Made by a program: the position numbers and the translations under genes. 64,000 nt of DNA from Callorhinchus milii (Eukaryota), in NCBI RefSeq assembly GCF_018977255.1, contig NW_024704742.1, positions 56,174,001 through 56,238,000 on the forward strand, given 5' to 3'. The notes under the pieces are model-generated. The model ran no database searches and was not told the origin of the DNA. It worked only from the letters and a program-made list of their open reading frames with translations. This document shows, piece by piece, positions 1 to 13,320 of this stretch. The first letter of the stretch is position 1, and every line of letters begins with the position of its first letter.

Positions 1-291
1 GCACTCACTTTGCAAGTGAAAGACCTGAGTTCAATTCCAGGCAGGGCGAAACCTTGGGCAAGTTTCCTTACTCCACACGCCTAATAATAATCCCTCCAAA
101 ACCAAAAACAATAATAAATTGGTCATTTTCAATCTACGACTGTTTGTGGGACATTGCTGTGTGCAATTGGCTGCCGCGTTCGCCCACAAATATACAGTCA
201 ATTCACTTTACAGTGTGTTCTGTGAAGCGCTTAGGGACGTCCTCCCGACGTGAAAAGCGCTATATCAAATGCAAGGATTATTATTATTATT
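1..291 (+). mobile_element. Young tRNA-derived SINE (head cut by window edge)
   Basis: B-box-like GAGTTCAATTCC, then ACCTTGGGCAAGTTTCCTTAC, Deu-like TGCTGTGTGCAATTGGCTGCCGCG and an L2-type tail ending (TTA)n. Highly similar to copies at 27993, 29903 and 37538. Confidence 0.9.
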
Positions 292-1270
292 AAGGTTGCA
301 ATATAAATGCAAGTTGTTGTTGTCCAGAAATTGGCAAATTGTTGAATTCAGTCTTTAACTTTGAAGCCAGATTTTGATAATTCCTAAAAAGAAGCAAGAT
401 AGAATTTAAAGATTTGTCAAATATTGGACAAAGTAATTGCTCCATAAATTTCTTCTTTAGTAGCTTATTTTCCTTACCATTAACTTGCCAACTTAATAAG
501 TTGTCATCTAATGTTGGGAATACAAGAGATGGATAATAAATGGATGTAATTTCTAACTACATAATAGATTCTAATTGTGTTAAATGCAATTTTTCCCATC
601 TATTTTTAATGGGTGAGTGTCCACTACTGTATCATTTTGTTTTCTTTGTAGGAGATACAAATCTAACACTTCTTTACACTGGGGAGAATCAGGCTGACAA
701 TCGGTTTTGCTCCCCAAAATTGAGTCACTTCACTCCTACCAATAAAGAATATTTTACAGAGCTGATAAAATATTAAAGGGAAATTTTCCTCTTACATTTT
801 CTCTTTGTTTCTCTTGATTTGTCTCCGTAAACCAAATACAAACTATGTAAAGATGCCAGGGTCCCGGCTTGATCTTTGAACTACAAATATGTACTGATGT
901 GTTATTAAGCATTGGGCAGTGTTGTGTAAAGAACAAATTACCTGCAGTGCAACATGTGACGTATTGTGCAAGAAAAGTCAATTACTTGTAATTAATAAAC
1001 CTCTTTGATTCCTACAACTGGGGTAATTGTCAACTTGGATTGAAGAAAAGAGTTATGTGAAGCATGAATATTAAATGCATAGCATAACTCAGTCCCAGAT
1101 ATTGTTATTTTTCTCCACTAATCTTCCCCTTCCTTCCTTAAAGTGTCTTAACTCCTGCGGGCCGAATGCTGCTAATTGAACCACACTGATTTAAGCTATA
1201 GGAACAAATGTATCATATTAATCAAACTAGCCAGCATATTCACTAATCTACCTTTGTCTGAAAATTCGCT

Positions 1271-1460
1271 GATAATAATAATAATCCTTGCATTTGATAT
1301 AGTTCCTCATTATATTGTTGAGACATCTCAAAGTGCTTCACAAAATATACTGTCAAGTTAATTGACTGAATATTTTGTGGGCAAAATGCGGCAGCCAATT
1401 ACGCACGGCAGTGTCCCACAAACAGTCATGCATTGATTGACCAAATTATTATTATTTTAT
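1271..1460 (-). mobile_element. 3' half of the tRNA-derived SINE
   Basis: (AAT)n-CCTTGCATTTGATATAG tail and GCGGCAGCCAATT...GTCCCACAAACAGTC body on the plus strand. Confidence 0.8.
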
Positions 1461-1527
1461 TTTATTCATTTATTTACTTTAGAAGTGATCATGATAGTGA
1501 TTTTTTTGTTAATGATCAAAATTATCA

Positions 1528-1664
1528 TTGGGGAGAACAAGCTTGCAGGGCTATGAGGAGAAATCGGGTGGGATTGATTTGGACAGCTCTTTTCACAGAG
1601 CCGGCACAGACACAATGGGCCGAATGGCCTCCTTCTGTGCTGTATAATTCTATGGTACTATGAT
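1528..1664 (+). mobile_element. CR1 LINE 3' end
   Basis: GGGCCGAATGGCCTCCTTCTGTGCTGTATAATTCTATG 3' UTR and tail, homologous to the end of the element at 31656-33295. Confidence 0.8.
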
Positions 1665-2132
1665 CAGATTCTAAGAATGAAGAATAGATGAAGAGGCCTG
1701 AAGACTTGCTGGTTTGGAAACTGGAAAGTGGTGACAGATCTGCTGGGTTAAGAGAGCAGAAAACCAGAGTCAAAACACTTTAGGCAACAGAACTAGAAAT
1801 AAAGAAGGATTTTTTGTGTGATGCTAAAATGTTAATACCATTTGCTTAGCTGCAAAATTCATTGCACAGGTATTTAAGTTGAGTTATAAAATAATGAAAG
1901 AAGCATAAAACTTCTACAGTTCTTATCAGCACCTGAATTTCAGAAGAATAAACTGCAACAGAGCTTGAAGTTAGTGATGTACTAGTCTTTAATGTATTTG
2001 TGCTGAAGGCAGTTTCATAGGAAAATCATAAAATGGATTATTCAATGTGGGTTGCCATGTCAACAATCATTTCCTTACAGGCACAAAGCTTTATTTGTTA
2101 TATGCAAGATTAAGTAATCTTGCATATAACAT

Positions 2133-2335
2133 TATTGTGTTCAAATCCCTTCACTCTCTGGCACCTCCCTACCTCTCTGACCTCCTCACTCCGCATCCAC
2201 CACCAGGTGCTTCTGCTCGACTGGCGCTGGCCTCCTGCTCGTCCCTCGAATCCTCTGCCCCACCATCGGAGGTCGTGCTTTCAGCCACTACGCCCCAAAA
2301 CTCTGAAACACTTACCCTCAATTTCTTTGCCTTGA
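2133..2335 (+). mobile_element. L2 LINE 3' fragment
   Basis: Translates VFKSLHSLAPPYLSDLL (L2 ORF2 C-terminus); similar to 49875-50272. Confidence 0.8.
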
Positions 2336-2393
2336 AATTGAGATTAGTGATGGTAGAAGGATGGAGGTGCGGGAATTGTCTTTGATAGTTGAT

Positions 2394-2699
2394 AAATAAT
2401 CCTTGCATTTGATATAGAACTTTTCATGTCTTCTAGACATCTCAAAGCGCTTCACAGAATATAATGTAAAGTGAATTGACTGTATGTTTATGGGTGAAAT
2501 ACAGCAGCCAATTGGCAAATTAGTGTCCCACAGACAGTGGATTGAGTGACCAAATTATTATTATTATTTTTTTTCTTGAGGTATTATTATCAAGAATGTG
2601 GAGTAAGGAAACTTGCCCAAGGTTTCGCCCTGCTGGGAATCAAACCCGGGTCTCTCACTTCCGAGGCGAGTGCTCGAACCAATGAGCTACAGGATTCCA
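2394..2699 (-). mobile_element. tRNA-derived SINE, near full length
   Basis: Tail at 2394; head reads GGAATCCTGTAGCTCATTGGTTCGAGCACTCGCC on the minus strand. Confidence 0.88.
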
Positions 2700-3350
2700 T
2701 AAAGGAATGGAAGAGAGACTCCACTCTCATGATGGAAAGATGAGATGAACTATTTGCAATTCGATCTAAAAATTAAGGAAAATCAGTACATTTTTAAAGA
2801 TTATTTTTCATTCCATTATTTACCTCAATGCAAATAGTAAATTAATATATTTTTTAAGTCAGTCATTAAGTTTTCAACACCAATGCTTGTCTGATTTCCT
2901 CTCCTGACTAAAGATTGTTATCTTTATCTTTTTTTCTGAGCAGAACAGTTGGAGCACTGGAGTAGGACCGTGAAGTGTGGGACTCAAAGGTTGAGAGGCA
3001 CTTTATAAGCAGAGTAGTGTCTCTCAGGCCCATGAAAGGCACTCAAACCTAATCATTCAATCCCTCCCATACACTCACTATTAGTAGAGTACCTAATAGA
3101 ACTGATACATCAACAGTTGGCTGAAACAGATATGCAGCACAAAGTATGATAGAGCAAGCTTAAAACATGCAAGCTTATAAATAATATTAATCCTTGAATT
3201 TGATATAGCGCCTTATCATATCTTCGAGTGCTTGATATATAGAAATAAATACATTATTCTGAAAGCTGAACTGGTTACTTTTTTTCTTAAATGTTTAAAG
3301 TAGCTGATGATAGCTGAGTTATTTTAGTTACTCTAAGAAATGTCCGATAT

Positions 3351-3515
3351 CAACAACAACAACAAATTACATTTGTAAAGTGCCATTCACATCGGGACAA
3401 TGTCCTAAGGCACTCGACAGTCATGGATTTGGACCCGAGCTGGGAGTTTGGGATCAGGATGGGTAGAAAGCAGGGAGGGTAGGGGTAAGAGGGTGACCGA
3501 AGGTGCGGTTGAGCT
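3351..3515 (-). mobile_element. L2 3' tail fragment
   Basis: (CAA)n-ATTACATTTGTAAAGTGCC tail shared with copies at 14327 and 26044. Confidence 0.75.
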
Positions 3516-3611
3516 GAATCGGGAAAACATAGCTAAAGGTAAAATTCTGATATTAAGTTTAGATTGTCTTAGATTGTTATTATAAGAAATAGTTAAGAAA
3601 TATCACAAATG

Positions 3612-4420
3612 TTTCAGCTTGGCTCAGTTGGTAACAGTTGGGTCAGAGAATTGTGGGATTAAGTTAAGTACCAGAATTTAAATTCAGCTCAGGTTATGCC
3701 AGGCTCCATTGGCTTCTTGTCACAGAATGGATTGATTTCAAGATCCTGACCCTCACTAACAAATTACTTCTTGCCCTCGCAACTCCCTACTTCCAAACTG
3801 CTCTCACCCCACTCCTCTACCTGTCCTCGTCCTCTTCGCTAGGCCAATTCAGGCCACTTGAACGTCCCCTGATGCTTCACAATCAGTTGCCGTGTCTTCA
3901 GTCACTCTACCTTTGGAACTTTCTGCCTCAGTGCTTCAACTTGTCCTCTCATCTTCAAATCAGACCAAAAAACATTCCTTCTCCACCATGTTTATGAAAC
4001 CTTCCTGGGTTGGCGTCAATCTCCACAACTGTTCAAGTTGTTAACCCATGTGAAGGGCGCTCTATAAATGCAAACTGTTGTTGTTCATAGTCTAGGTTGA
4101 CCCCTCAGTGAATACAGAATGAACATTGCAGTATCGGAGGTACAATGTTTCACATAAGACATCAAGCTGAGGTACTATCTACCTGTTCAAGTGGTCATTT
4201 GAAGATCCCATGATATCACTTGAGACACTATATTTCTCCTGTTTCCATGGTTGACTACCCTCCAGTCAAATCAATCGTTCACTCCATGGCGCATTGTAGC
4301 ACATTGCTGTGCATAAAGAGGTTGCCACAGTTGCCTCCAAATAGAGGGACCGCATTAGATTTGAAATACTTAGAGATATTTCAATGTTCTAGGTGCAACA
4401 GAAGATGTATGGACTATTAC
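3612..4420 (+). mobile_element. Old Deu-domain SINE split by an L2 fragment
   Basis: Head CAGCTTGGCTCAGTTGGTA at about 3614. Body resumes at about 4086 (TAGTCTAGGTTGAC...GTTCAAGTGG...AAGATCCCATG...TGCTGTGCATAA). Confidence 0.7.
3690..4085 (+). mobile_element. L2 3' fragment nested in the Deu-SINE
   Basis: GCCAGGCTCCATTGGC...GATTTCAAGATCCT...GTGAAGGGCGCTCTATAAATGCAAAC(TGT)n. Confidence 0.8.
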
Positions 4421-4834
4421 TATAAATTAGTCCCAGTGCAAGTTACTGAAAATGTAAACAAAATACAAATAGTTTTCTAGTGAATCAAATGGAATTAAAA
4501 TGTCATTATTCGGGAATGGTACACAGACAAGCTAAATCTGTTGCTGGAGTTTCTAATGCTCTTCAGCTCTCTGCTCCACAAGTCTCTTTCACAGTTGAAT
4601 ATCCTCTCAATCATTTTGCCTTTTGATAGCCCAGAATGCTATTTGCGTTCTTTATTACTGCCTCAGAGGATGGTAGGGTGTGCATTCTGGATCGACAAGA
4701 TCAAATGGGCTGAAGGGTCTCCTTCATCCTTTGAGGATCTTGTGATTTGATGGTTAATTTGCACATCCCACAAACAACAATGAATCTGAATTTAACCTGA
4801 AATTTAATTAGGGAGGAATATTGGCTAAGGGAGA

Positions 4835-4922
4835 AAGGAAACTTGGCCAAAGTTTCACCCTGACGGGAATCAAACCCAGGTCTCTTGCTTGTGAGGTGAG
4901 TGCTCTAACCACTGAGCTACAG
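4835..4922 (-). mobile_element. Isolated head of the tRNA-derived SINE
   Basis: Minus strand TGTAGCTCAGTGGTTAGAGCACTCAC...GGGTTTGATTCCCG...CAAGTTTCCTT. Confidence 0.75.
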
Positions 4923-5084
4923 TGTTTATCAATTCTATCATTCTATATCAATTATATAGAATATGCAATCTTAGAATGTTCAACCTTCAATTTTCCTTTC
5001 TCCCTCAGATGTGGTAGACCAAGACTGTTAAAATGTAAATATATAACAATTTCCATTGAGTTCTTTTTGTTTCTCAGTTATATC

Positions 5085-7435
5085 AATAATAATGCTTGCA
5101 TTTGATATGGCATTTATAATATTTAAATTTCTCCAAGCACTTTGCAGATAATTATTGTCAAATGAAGACACTGTATTTGAAGACAGATGCGCGATCAATT
5201 TATGCAGAGCAATTTGCCACAACAGCCTTGAAGTAAACAATCAATTCATCTGAAAGATTGCTGGCAGGTACATCAGTAAAATTTCTTATCTTTTTGAACA
5301 ATGCCTTGGGATTTTTAACATTCACCTAAATAGGCAGGTGGTTTGATGCCTCAGTTGAAAGTCAAGCTTCTCAACGTTAAAGCGCTCACTCAGCACTGCA
5401 CTAGAACATCAGCCAATACTAAGAACATAAGAACATAAGAATTAGGAGCAGGAGTAGTCCATTCGGCCCCTCGAGCCTGCCCCGCCATTCGATAAGATCC
5501 TGGATGATCTTCTGATCTAACTCTAATTACCTGCCCTATCCCCATATCCCCTAATCCCTCTATTTTTAAAAAATCTATCAGTCTCAGCCTTGAAAATGTT
5601 CAAGGACTGAGCATCTACAGCCTTTTGGGGTAGTGAATTCCATAAATTCACTGCCCTCTGAGTAAAGAAATGTTTTCTCAACTCTGTTCTAAAAGGCTGA
5701 CCCTTAATTTTAAGACTGTGACCCCTGGTTATAGATTCTCCTACCAGGGGAAACAATCCCTCAATGTCTACTTTATCCAGCCCTTTAAGGATCTTATATG
5801 TTTCAATAAGATCTCCCCTACTTCTTCTGTACTCTAGAGAATACAGCCCTAGTTTATTCAGCCTATCGTCTTAGATCAGTCCCCTCATCCCAGGAACTAA
5901 CCGAGTGAATCTACGCTTCACCCCTCCAAGGCAAGTATGTCCTTTTTTAATAAGGAGACGAAAACTGCACACAATACTCTAGGTGCGGTGTCACCAAGGA
6001 CCTATACAGTTGCAGCAAGATTTCCCTACTCTTGTACTCTAAACCTTTTGCAATGAACGCTAACATGTCGTTCGCCTTCCTAGTTGCTTGCTGTACCTGC
6101 AAACTAACTTTTTGAGACTGGTGTACAAGGACACCCAAATCCCTCTAATCACTAACACTATCTAATCTCTCCCCCTCTAGAAAATAATCTGTTTTTCTAT
6201 TTTTGCTACCTAGGTGAATAACTTCACACTTCCTCAAATTAAATTCCATCTGCCACCTACTCGCCCACTCCCCTAGCCTATCTATATCCCATTGCAATCT
6301 TTTTGCATCATCCTCAGAGCTTACTCTCCCACCTAGTTTAGTGTCATCCACGAATTTAGATACGTTACATTCAATGTCCTTGTCTAGATCATTGATGTAA
6401 ATTGTAAATAGCTGAGGCCCAAGCACTGATCCTTGTGGCACTCCACTAGTCACATCCTACTAATTCAAGAATGACCCACTTATCCCTACTCTCTGTTTTC
6501 TACCTGTTAGCCACTCTTCAATCCATGCTAATATGTTCCCATTAATCCCGTGGGCCTTAACCTTGTGCAATAGCCGTTTGTGTGGCACTTTGTCAAATGC
6601 CTTCTTAAAATCTAAATATACTACATCTACTGGTTCCCCCCTATCTAACCTGCTAGATACATCTTCAAAAAACTCTAAAAGATTAGTTAAGCATGACTTC
6701 CCTTTTGTAAAGCCATGTTGACTCTGCCTAATCTTGTTATGGTCTTCCAGGAATCCCATATCGACATCCTTAATTAAGAACTCAATAATTTTCCCTACCA
6801 CTGATGTCAGACTAACTGGTCTTTAGTTCCCCTTTTTTTCTCTCCCACCCTTCTTAAATTATGGTGTTGTTTGCAATCTTCCAATCAATGGGAACCGTTC
6901 CAGAATCCAGAGAATTTTGGAAGATCAAAGACAAGCCATCCACTATCTCAGTAGCCACCTCTTTGAAAACCTTAGGATGCAGGCTATCGGGTCTAGGGGA
7001 TTTATCAGTTTTAAGACCTGAAACCTAAAACCATTTCTTTACTAATATTAATTTCCCCAAATTGCTCGCTAACATTGTCTTCTTGGTTCCCCTCTATTCT
7101 TGGTAGGTTTTCAGTGTCTTCTAAGGTGAAGATAGTAGCAGAATACTTGTTTAATGACTCTGCCATGTCTTTGTCCCCTACTATAATTCCCCCCGTCTCT
7201 GTCTCTAACGGACCCACATTTACCTTTGACAGCCTCTTCCCCGTTATATATTTGTAAAAACTCTTGCATTCTGTCTTTATGTTCTTCACTAGTTTGCCCT
7301 CATATTTCATTTTCTCCCTCTTAATCACTTTTTTCACAATTTCACAATCACAATATTGATCAAGATCCCACATTGCACTTGAATCTACAACCTTCTGACC
7401 CATAAGGGAGAGTGCTTTCAATTGAGCTAAGCACT
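5085..7435 (-). mobile_element. Old Deu-domain SINE (5085-5420 plus about 7350-7435) split by a CR1 insertion
   Basis: Tail and body lie left of 5421; the head (minus strand GCTTAGCTCAATTG...GTCAGAAGGTTGTAGATTCAAG) lies right of the CR1. Confidence 0.7.
5421..7335 (-). mobile_element. CR1 LINE, 5'-truncated, disrupted reverse transcriptase (copy A)
   Basis: Motifs QHGFTKGKSCLTNLLEFF, YLDFKKAFDKVPH, SGVPQGSVLGP, FVDDTKL and HLEYCVQF; 3' tail (TTCTTATG)n; several stops and frameshifts. Confidence 0.97.
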
Positions 7436-7875
7436 CTCTTCTTGTTTCCTGCTCTTACCAGAATTTGTGTGAAGGTGCTATTGTTCTATAAGGACTGCCA
7501 CCTATCTCTTCAAAAAGTAGGCAGAGCATGAAAGAACAGTGAGGTCATTTAAAGAATAAGTGGCCTTGAAATATTACAAAGTTTAAAGAAATATAAGTGT
7601 TAAACAGCTTCATCACATCAATTCTTCAGCAATGCCGATTGTAATAAAATTCTATATCCATTCATTTAAACTCGAGAAACTCAGTCTTTTTTGTTCTCAT
7701 AAGAGAAATCGTGTGACTCAAAAGGCAGTTATTTTTGTACATCATAAAATAAAACCAATATTTTAACAATGGGAAATTAGAAAATATGTAAATATCAGTT
7801 AAGTTTGGAAACCAACAAGCCTACTTGTTGTAACTGTGGCATTGCTACCTGCAAAGTGTTGGCTAACACTATAAA

Positions 7876-8068
7876 AATAGAAACAGGCGTAGGCCATTCA
7901 GCCCCTCGCACCTGTTCCCCCATTCTATAAGATCATGGCTGATCTTCACCTCATCTTCAATTTCCCACTCTTGCCCTAAATCCCTCGATACCCTTACCTA
8001 ACAAATGTCTATCCATCTCAGTCTTGAAAATTTTAATGGATCCAGCATCCAAAACCTTTGAGGGAGAG
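7876..8068 (-). mobile_element. CR1 3' end
   Basis: AGGCCATTCAGCCCCTCG...AGATCATGGCTGATCT, homologous to the 3' UTR at 5445-5630. Confidence 0.8.
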
Positions 8069-8069
8069 T

Positions 8070-8528
8070 CTAACTGGCTTCCCATCACACAAAGGATACA
8101 GTTCAAGATCCTGGTCCTCATCTTCAAAGCCCTCCATGACCTTGCTCTCCCCTACCTCTGTGACCTCCTAACCCCCTACCAACCTGCCTGCTCCCTCCGC
8201 TCAGCGGACTCCGGCCTGCTTCACATCCCCCGCTTCGCCCCCCACTCCACCACCTGCTATCTCCGCTCGGCTGGCTCCGGTTTCCTATCTGTCCCTCATC
8301 CAGTCCGTTCCACTAACTGTGGCCGTGCCTTCAGCCACTATGCCCCCAAACTCTGGAACTCTCTACCTCAATTCTTCTGCCTTGCCCCATCCACCTCCAA
8401 TTCCCACCTAAAGATCTTCCGTTTTGATTATGCTTATGGCTCCCTTCCCACTCCCCCTGGCTCCATGTTGGACTACAAGTTGCTACTCAGAAGGACGCTA
8501 TATACATGCAAATTGTTGATGTTGTTGT
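8070..8528 (+). mobile_element. L2 3' region, two subfamily fragments joined
   Basis: WLPITQRIQFKILVLIFKALH...RAFSHYAPKLWNSLP; the LRSAxSG segment occurs twice; (TGT)n tail. Confidence 0.85.
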
Positions 8529-9059
8529 AGAAAGTAAGAGGAAAACAATAACAATAACTTTTATTTATATAGTGCGCTTCAGATGCAAGCAGTAAGAGCT
8601 GGGGGCAGACGGTTGAAGACCATGATTGAAGGCTCGGATGACGACAGCAGGACGAGAAGAGAAACCCGGGTAGAGTGGCTGAGAGCTGATTCGAGGTCAG
8701 TTGGTGGGAGGTAACCAGGAGCGGTGGCAGCCGGACAAACTGAACAGTTCCAGTGTGAGATCAATGCCGGAGTGAGGTCAGTGTGAGAGGTAGGGCTTAG
8801 GTCTTGGGGATCAGGACCAGCAGCTAGTGATAGGCAGGGCCAAGGTCTCGGGGGCCGAGTGGTGGCCATTACTGGGTTCAGGCGGAGCCGCCATTTCACA
8901 ATTTCCCACCTAAATCCCTGTGTGATGTCATGTCCGCCTGCCAGGTTTGAATCCCTGGAACCAGATATATTTAGTTTATTGTATCTTCTTCCCCAGCTTT
9001 TTCCTAACAGACTGCTCGGTGTCATCTTCCAGGTTGGGCAACCTGGTGGATAACACAAT

Positions 9060-10350
9060 GATTGCCCTGCCCCCTCTCTCCGCTCTGCACCACCTCTAGC
9101 CACCAACCCCTCCACTAAGTCTCCATGCAAGTGGGCTGACCATGCCCCGCTAACCGCCTGCCTCAAGTCTCAGTGTGCGCATTTTGGCTGCCGCCCCAAC
9201 CTGAGCTGCTTTTCCCCCAAAATACCTCCATCCCTGCAGCTCTCCTGCTCGGTCCTCCTTTCTCTCCATCCTCCTCACCTCCTATACCCACTTAACCATC
9301 CCACAGCCTCCCTCTGCTCCAGCCTGGGAATCCTCCGTCAGACTCACCATGTCACTCAGCATTGGGTCTAGCAGCAGCCAAACTGACTGCCCCATTCCCC
9401 ACAATCACCACAAGCCCCACAGGACCCAGTCCCCGGAGGCCAACCTCTCCTCACTCAATCTCATTCCCATCCTCCCTGCCAATCAGTCCATTATGCCCTC
9501 CCATCTTACACATTCCTCTGCCAACTGTCCCCTCCGCATTGGCTTTCAAACCGCACCCTCTGCAACAAGGCTGTGACTATCGTTGATAAAAATATCAACA
9601 TCACGGCCCTCACTGAAACCTGGATTACCTCAAGGGACACCTTCCCCCTCACTGAGGCCAAACCACCCGGCTATATCTCCCACCATACCTCATGTCCCAA
9701 CCGCATGGTGGTGGTATGGTCCTCATCTCCAGGACCTCACTTGCTCTATCCCCTTACTCTGCTTGTTCAATCCCCTCATTCGAGCACCTTACCCTCTACC
9801 ATCACTCCAAACTTTCCCTCAAAATTCTCCTAATTTACCGTCCCCCAAAACCTTCCCCATCTTCACCTCTGATGTCTCCATCCTCCTAGCTTCCCTCTGC
9901 CTCTGTTTTGAATGTCTTCTCATCCTCGGCGACTTCAACCTTCACTTCATCCTCTCCTGCTCTATCTCCTCGGACTTCTCCTCTCTCTCACAACCTCTCC
10001 CTCCTCGTCCACTCTTCCACCCATGTTCATGGCCATCCACTCAACCTGGTGATTACCCAGGGCCGCAGTGTCTCAGAAATCACAAGCACAGACAATGCCA
10101 TCTCTGATCACCATTTCATCTCCTTTAACTCCTCAATCACTCTCCCCACCGCCACCAAACCTGCCTCCATCTCCTATCATCCCAGGAAAATAATTTCACC
10201 GCAATCCCTCTCTGCTGCCCTGAAGTCATCAGAACTCCTCCCACTCTGGCCTACCTCCCGCACTGATTTATCCTCATCGCTGACTCTTTTCCACAACTCC
10301 CTCTCCACCATTCTTGCCCCCCTCACCTTCCGAACTGCCTCCTCCTCATG
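9060..10350 (+). mobile_element. L2 5' region with frameshifted APE endonuclease
   Basis: APE motifs spread across frames from about 9530: ALTETW, HGGGMVLI, FEHL, LIYRPPK, ILGDFNLH, THVHGHPLNLVIT, ISDHHFI. The 5' boundary is approximate. Confidence 0.85.
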
Positions 10351-10809
10351 AACCTACACTAGCCACTTCTCTTAAACAAGCCTCCAAAGAGGCCCACATT
10401 ATTTTAAGCATTATTGACTATCCAATGTCCTTGTATGCTCTGGCTATAGTTTGAAAGATGATAGCAGTATGAAGGTTGAGTATTTTTGTCAGATTAGAAA
10501 TGATGGACTCTATTCATATACTAATCTGTCCACATGCTGAGAATCTACATCACAAGTAAAATGGGAAAAGCTTGCATTATATCATGCAGATGGCATGTAA
10601 TAGCAGGAATAGCATTACAGCTGTGTTCTAATTTCTCTTGCAACACCCAGGACTAGCTGCCAATTTTGGGGGGATTTGACAGGAGAAAATTAATAGGATA
10701 ATTGACCGGAAGATAACGTTTGACAATAATAAATAATTATCCTTGCATTTGATATAGCATTTTAACGTCAAAATGTTTCTGTAAAGTATTCAGTCCCTGA
10801 CCAAGACTG

Positions 10810-11480
10810 TTTTGCTTTACCATTGCCACATCTCTCCATCCCCCACACCAGATGTCACCGAAATCCTCATTCACACCTTTGCTATTTCTCAACTTAACAT
10901 CTTAAATGCACAGCTCACAGGTCTCCATAGTTGGCTCGACTCTGCCAATGCCCTACTTGTCAGCCTTTCCACCTCTTCCCTCAAAGCTGCATGTCATCCA
11001 GAACTCCACAGCTCATGTTATCTGCTGCACCAGGTTCCGTGACCTCATCACACCCACCCCCGCCCGGCTCCACTGGCTCCCATCTCTCAGAGAATTGAAT
11101 TCAAAATTCTCATCCTCACCTTCAAGGCCCTTCATGGTCTTGCCCCCTCCTACCTCTCCGACCTGATAACCCCTTATCACCTGTCTGCTCTCTCCGCTCT
11201 GCAGGCTCTGGCCTGCTCCATGTCCCCCGCCCGGCTCGCTTCACCATTGGCTGCCCCCACCCTGTGTAACTCCACCCCACATTCTCTTCGCCTCACTCAC
11301 TCACTTGCCTCCTTCAAGGCATGTTTCAAAACCCTCCTCTTTGACTGTGCCTTTGGCCACCCTCCTACCCTTTCTGACCTCCATCCTCTTTGGTCCCACC
11401 CACCCCCACCCCCTAAACCCTGACTGCCCAGTGCCTTGGGACATCCTCCCAATGTGAAAGGTGCTTTACAAACAAAATAA
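10810..11480 (+). mobile_element. L2 3' fragment
   Basis: EILIHTF, KLHVIQNSTA, ARLHWLP and FKTLLF motifs; tail GGGACATCCTCCCAATGTGAAAGGTGC. Confidence 0.85.
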
Positions 11481-12689
11481 TGTATTTTGTATAGTTCCAC
11501 TATCCATAAGCTCCAACTGATACATAGCTCTACAGCCAGTATTATTTTGTTGTGGTCATTACTGGGCATGTTGTGGGTAAAACTTCATTCCAACTGGCTG
11601 CTCTTGACATTTAATTTACACCCTTCCTGAGATGATAATTCATACACTGGCATTAACATTCACATGTAGAAAAAATTGACTGTTTTTACTTAAGAACTCT
11701 TTAATTCTTTGGGGTTAAATCCACTGGAATTTAGACCCTTAAACATCACAATTTTATCGCTTGTTTCAGCAAAATTTACACACCCAACATTTCTGCATTT
11801 ATTTTTCCATCTTTTCTATCAACATTTCTATTCAACCCTTAAATGCAGCCATTACATTTTTCAATTTGGGGCCACTACCTCTTTCCTGTCAAAGCTTCTT
11901 GTGATTCATAGAGCCATTATAATGAGAACTTGGTTGTAACTTGGTTGTTATGTAGTCATATCTTTCCTTCTGTAGTGAAAGCTCCGATGGATAGAGCAAC
12001 CCTGAAAGTTAAGCCAATTTCATATGCGTAACATTTGTGATTACTTCAATAAATGACCAAATATAGATTTGGGGATCTATTGTATTACATGTTGATACCA
12101 GATCAATCATCGAGATCAACTCCAAATTTAAAATGAGGGAAAGAGAGTGAATATAGCATGAAATATAACAAGATAATTAAATGACAAAATATTTAACATG
12201 GAAAACTACAGTATGCTGTAATTAATTGCACATGGAATTTGAGTTATGAAACATGTCATGTGAAAAATGTTAAAAAAAAACTGGTAGCATTCAAGGAACA
12301 ATAGTGAAAGATATATAATACCAGCTCCAAGTAGTCCTAATTGTTCCCAAACTAATTGAGGATTGGAATAGATTATCTTTGTACTCTTAGAACAATGTTT
12401 TTTGATTGCAGCTGAGTGAAAGCAAATTACTGGCAGATCAAACTGATGTTTGAGGAAATCTGAAAAAATATAATTAATTGTGATGAAATTATACATATTT
12501 GTTAGCATAAATGTATAATTGGGAAACAAAATCTATAATTATTCATCTGAAATGAATTTGTCTTCAAAAGAATTTAACTTGAAGTGACAAGAAAATAATA
12601 ATTGAAAATTTCCATGAATAATAAGTGTTAAAATTTGGATCAGGCTATAATTACGAATACAGTTGTAATGTTAGAACAGCAAACGGTAA

Positions 12690-13320
12690 GTAATAATACT
12701 TGCATTTGGAATAGCACTTACATCTCAAAGCGTTTCATAATGTTTTTAGGAAGTGTAGTGACGAAGTATTTGATGGCGAACACAAACGTCAATTTAACCC
12801 CTGCAATGTGTGGCAAACAGCCATGAAGTGATTCATTAATTTTGAGCTGCACGATTGTTGGCAAGATATCAGTTGAATTTCACTTGTATATCTGAAGTTT
12901 TGAGTTCTCTAAGGTCCACCTAAATGAATGGAACATAGGAATAGGAACATAGAAAAATAGGATCATGGCTGATCTGTATCTCAACTCCATTTACATGCCC
13001 TTGCCCCATATCCCTTGAAATCCTTACCTAATAAATATATATCCTCCTCAATATTAAAAATTTGAATGGATCCAGCATCCACAGCCTTTTGGGGGAGAGA
13101 GTTCCAAATTTTCACTATGCTTTGTGTGAAAATCACCACCCTTTGGGTGAATGGGAACTTAGTTTAATGTATCATCTGAAAGATGGCATCTCACACAGTA
13201 CAGCCATGTTTCAAACACTGAATTGGAGTCCTAGACATTCATCTCAGAATACCATGTGGAGCTTGGAACCAACAACCTTCTGACTCAGAAGAAAGGGTAC
13301 CAACAGAGCCAAGCTAACAC
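12690..13320 (-). mobile_element. Old Deu-domain SINE split by a CR1 3' end (about 12930-13135, minus strand)
   Basis: SINE tail at 12690; CR1 tail GGAACATAGGAATAGGAACATAG at 12930; SINE resumes TTTAATGTATCATCTGAAAGATGGCATC and ends CTTCTGACTCAGA...GAGCCAAGCT. Confidence 0.72.

Noticed and set aside
652..776. Acceptor-like TTTCTTTGTAG followed by an open frame (GDTNLTLL...)
   Set aside because: No donor and no recognisable peptide, so it is unsupported.
8024..8530. 168-aa ORF
   Set aside because: It reads through an antisense CR1 end into two fused L2 fragments and is not a host gene.
8579..9166. 195-aa minus-strand ORF
   Set aside because: GC-rich repeat-derived sequence with few stops and no domain signature.
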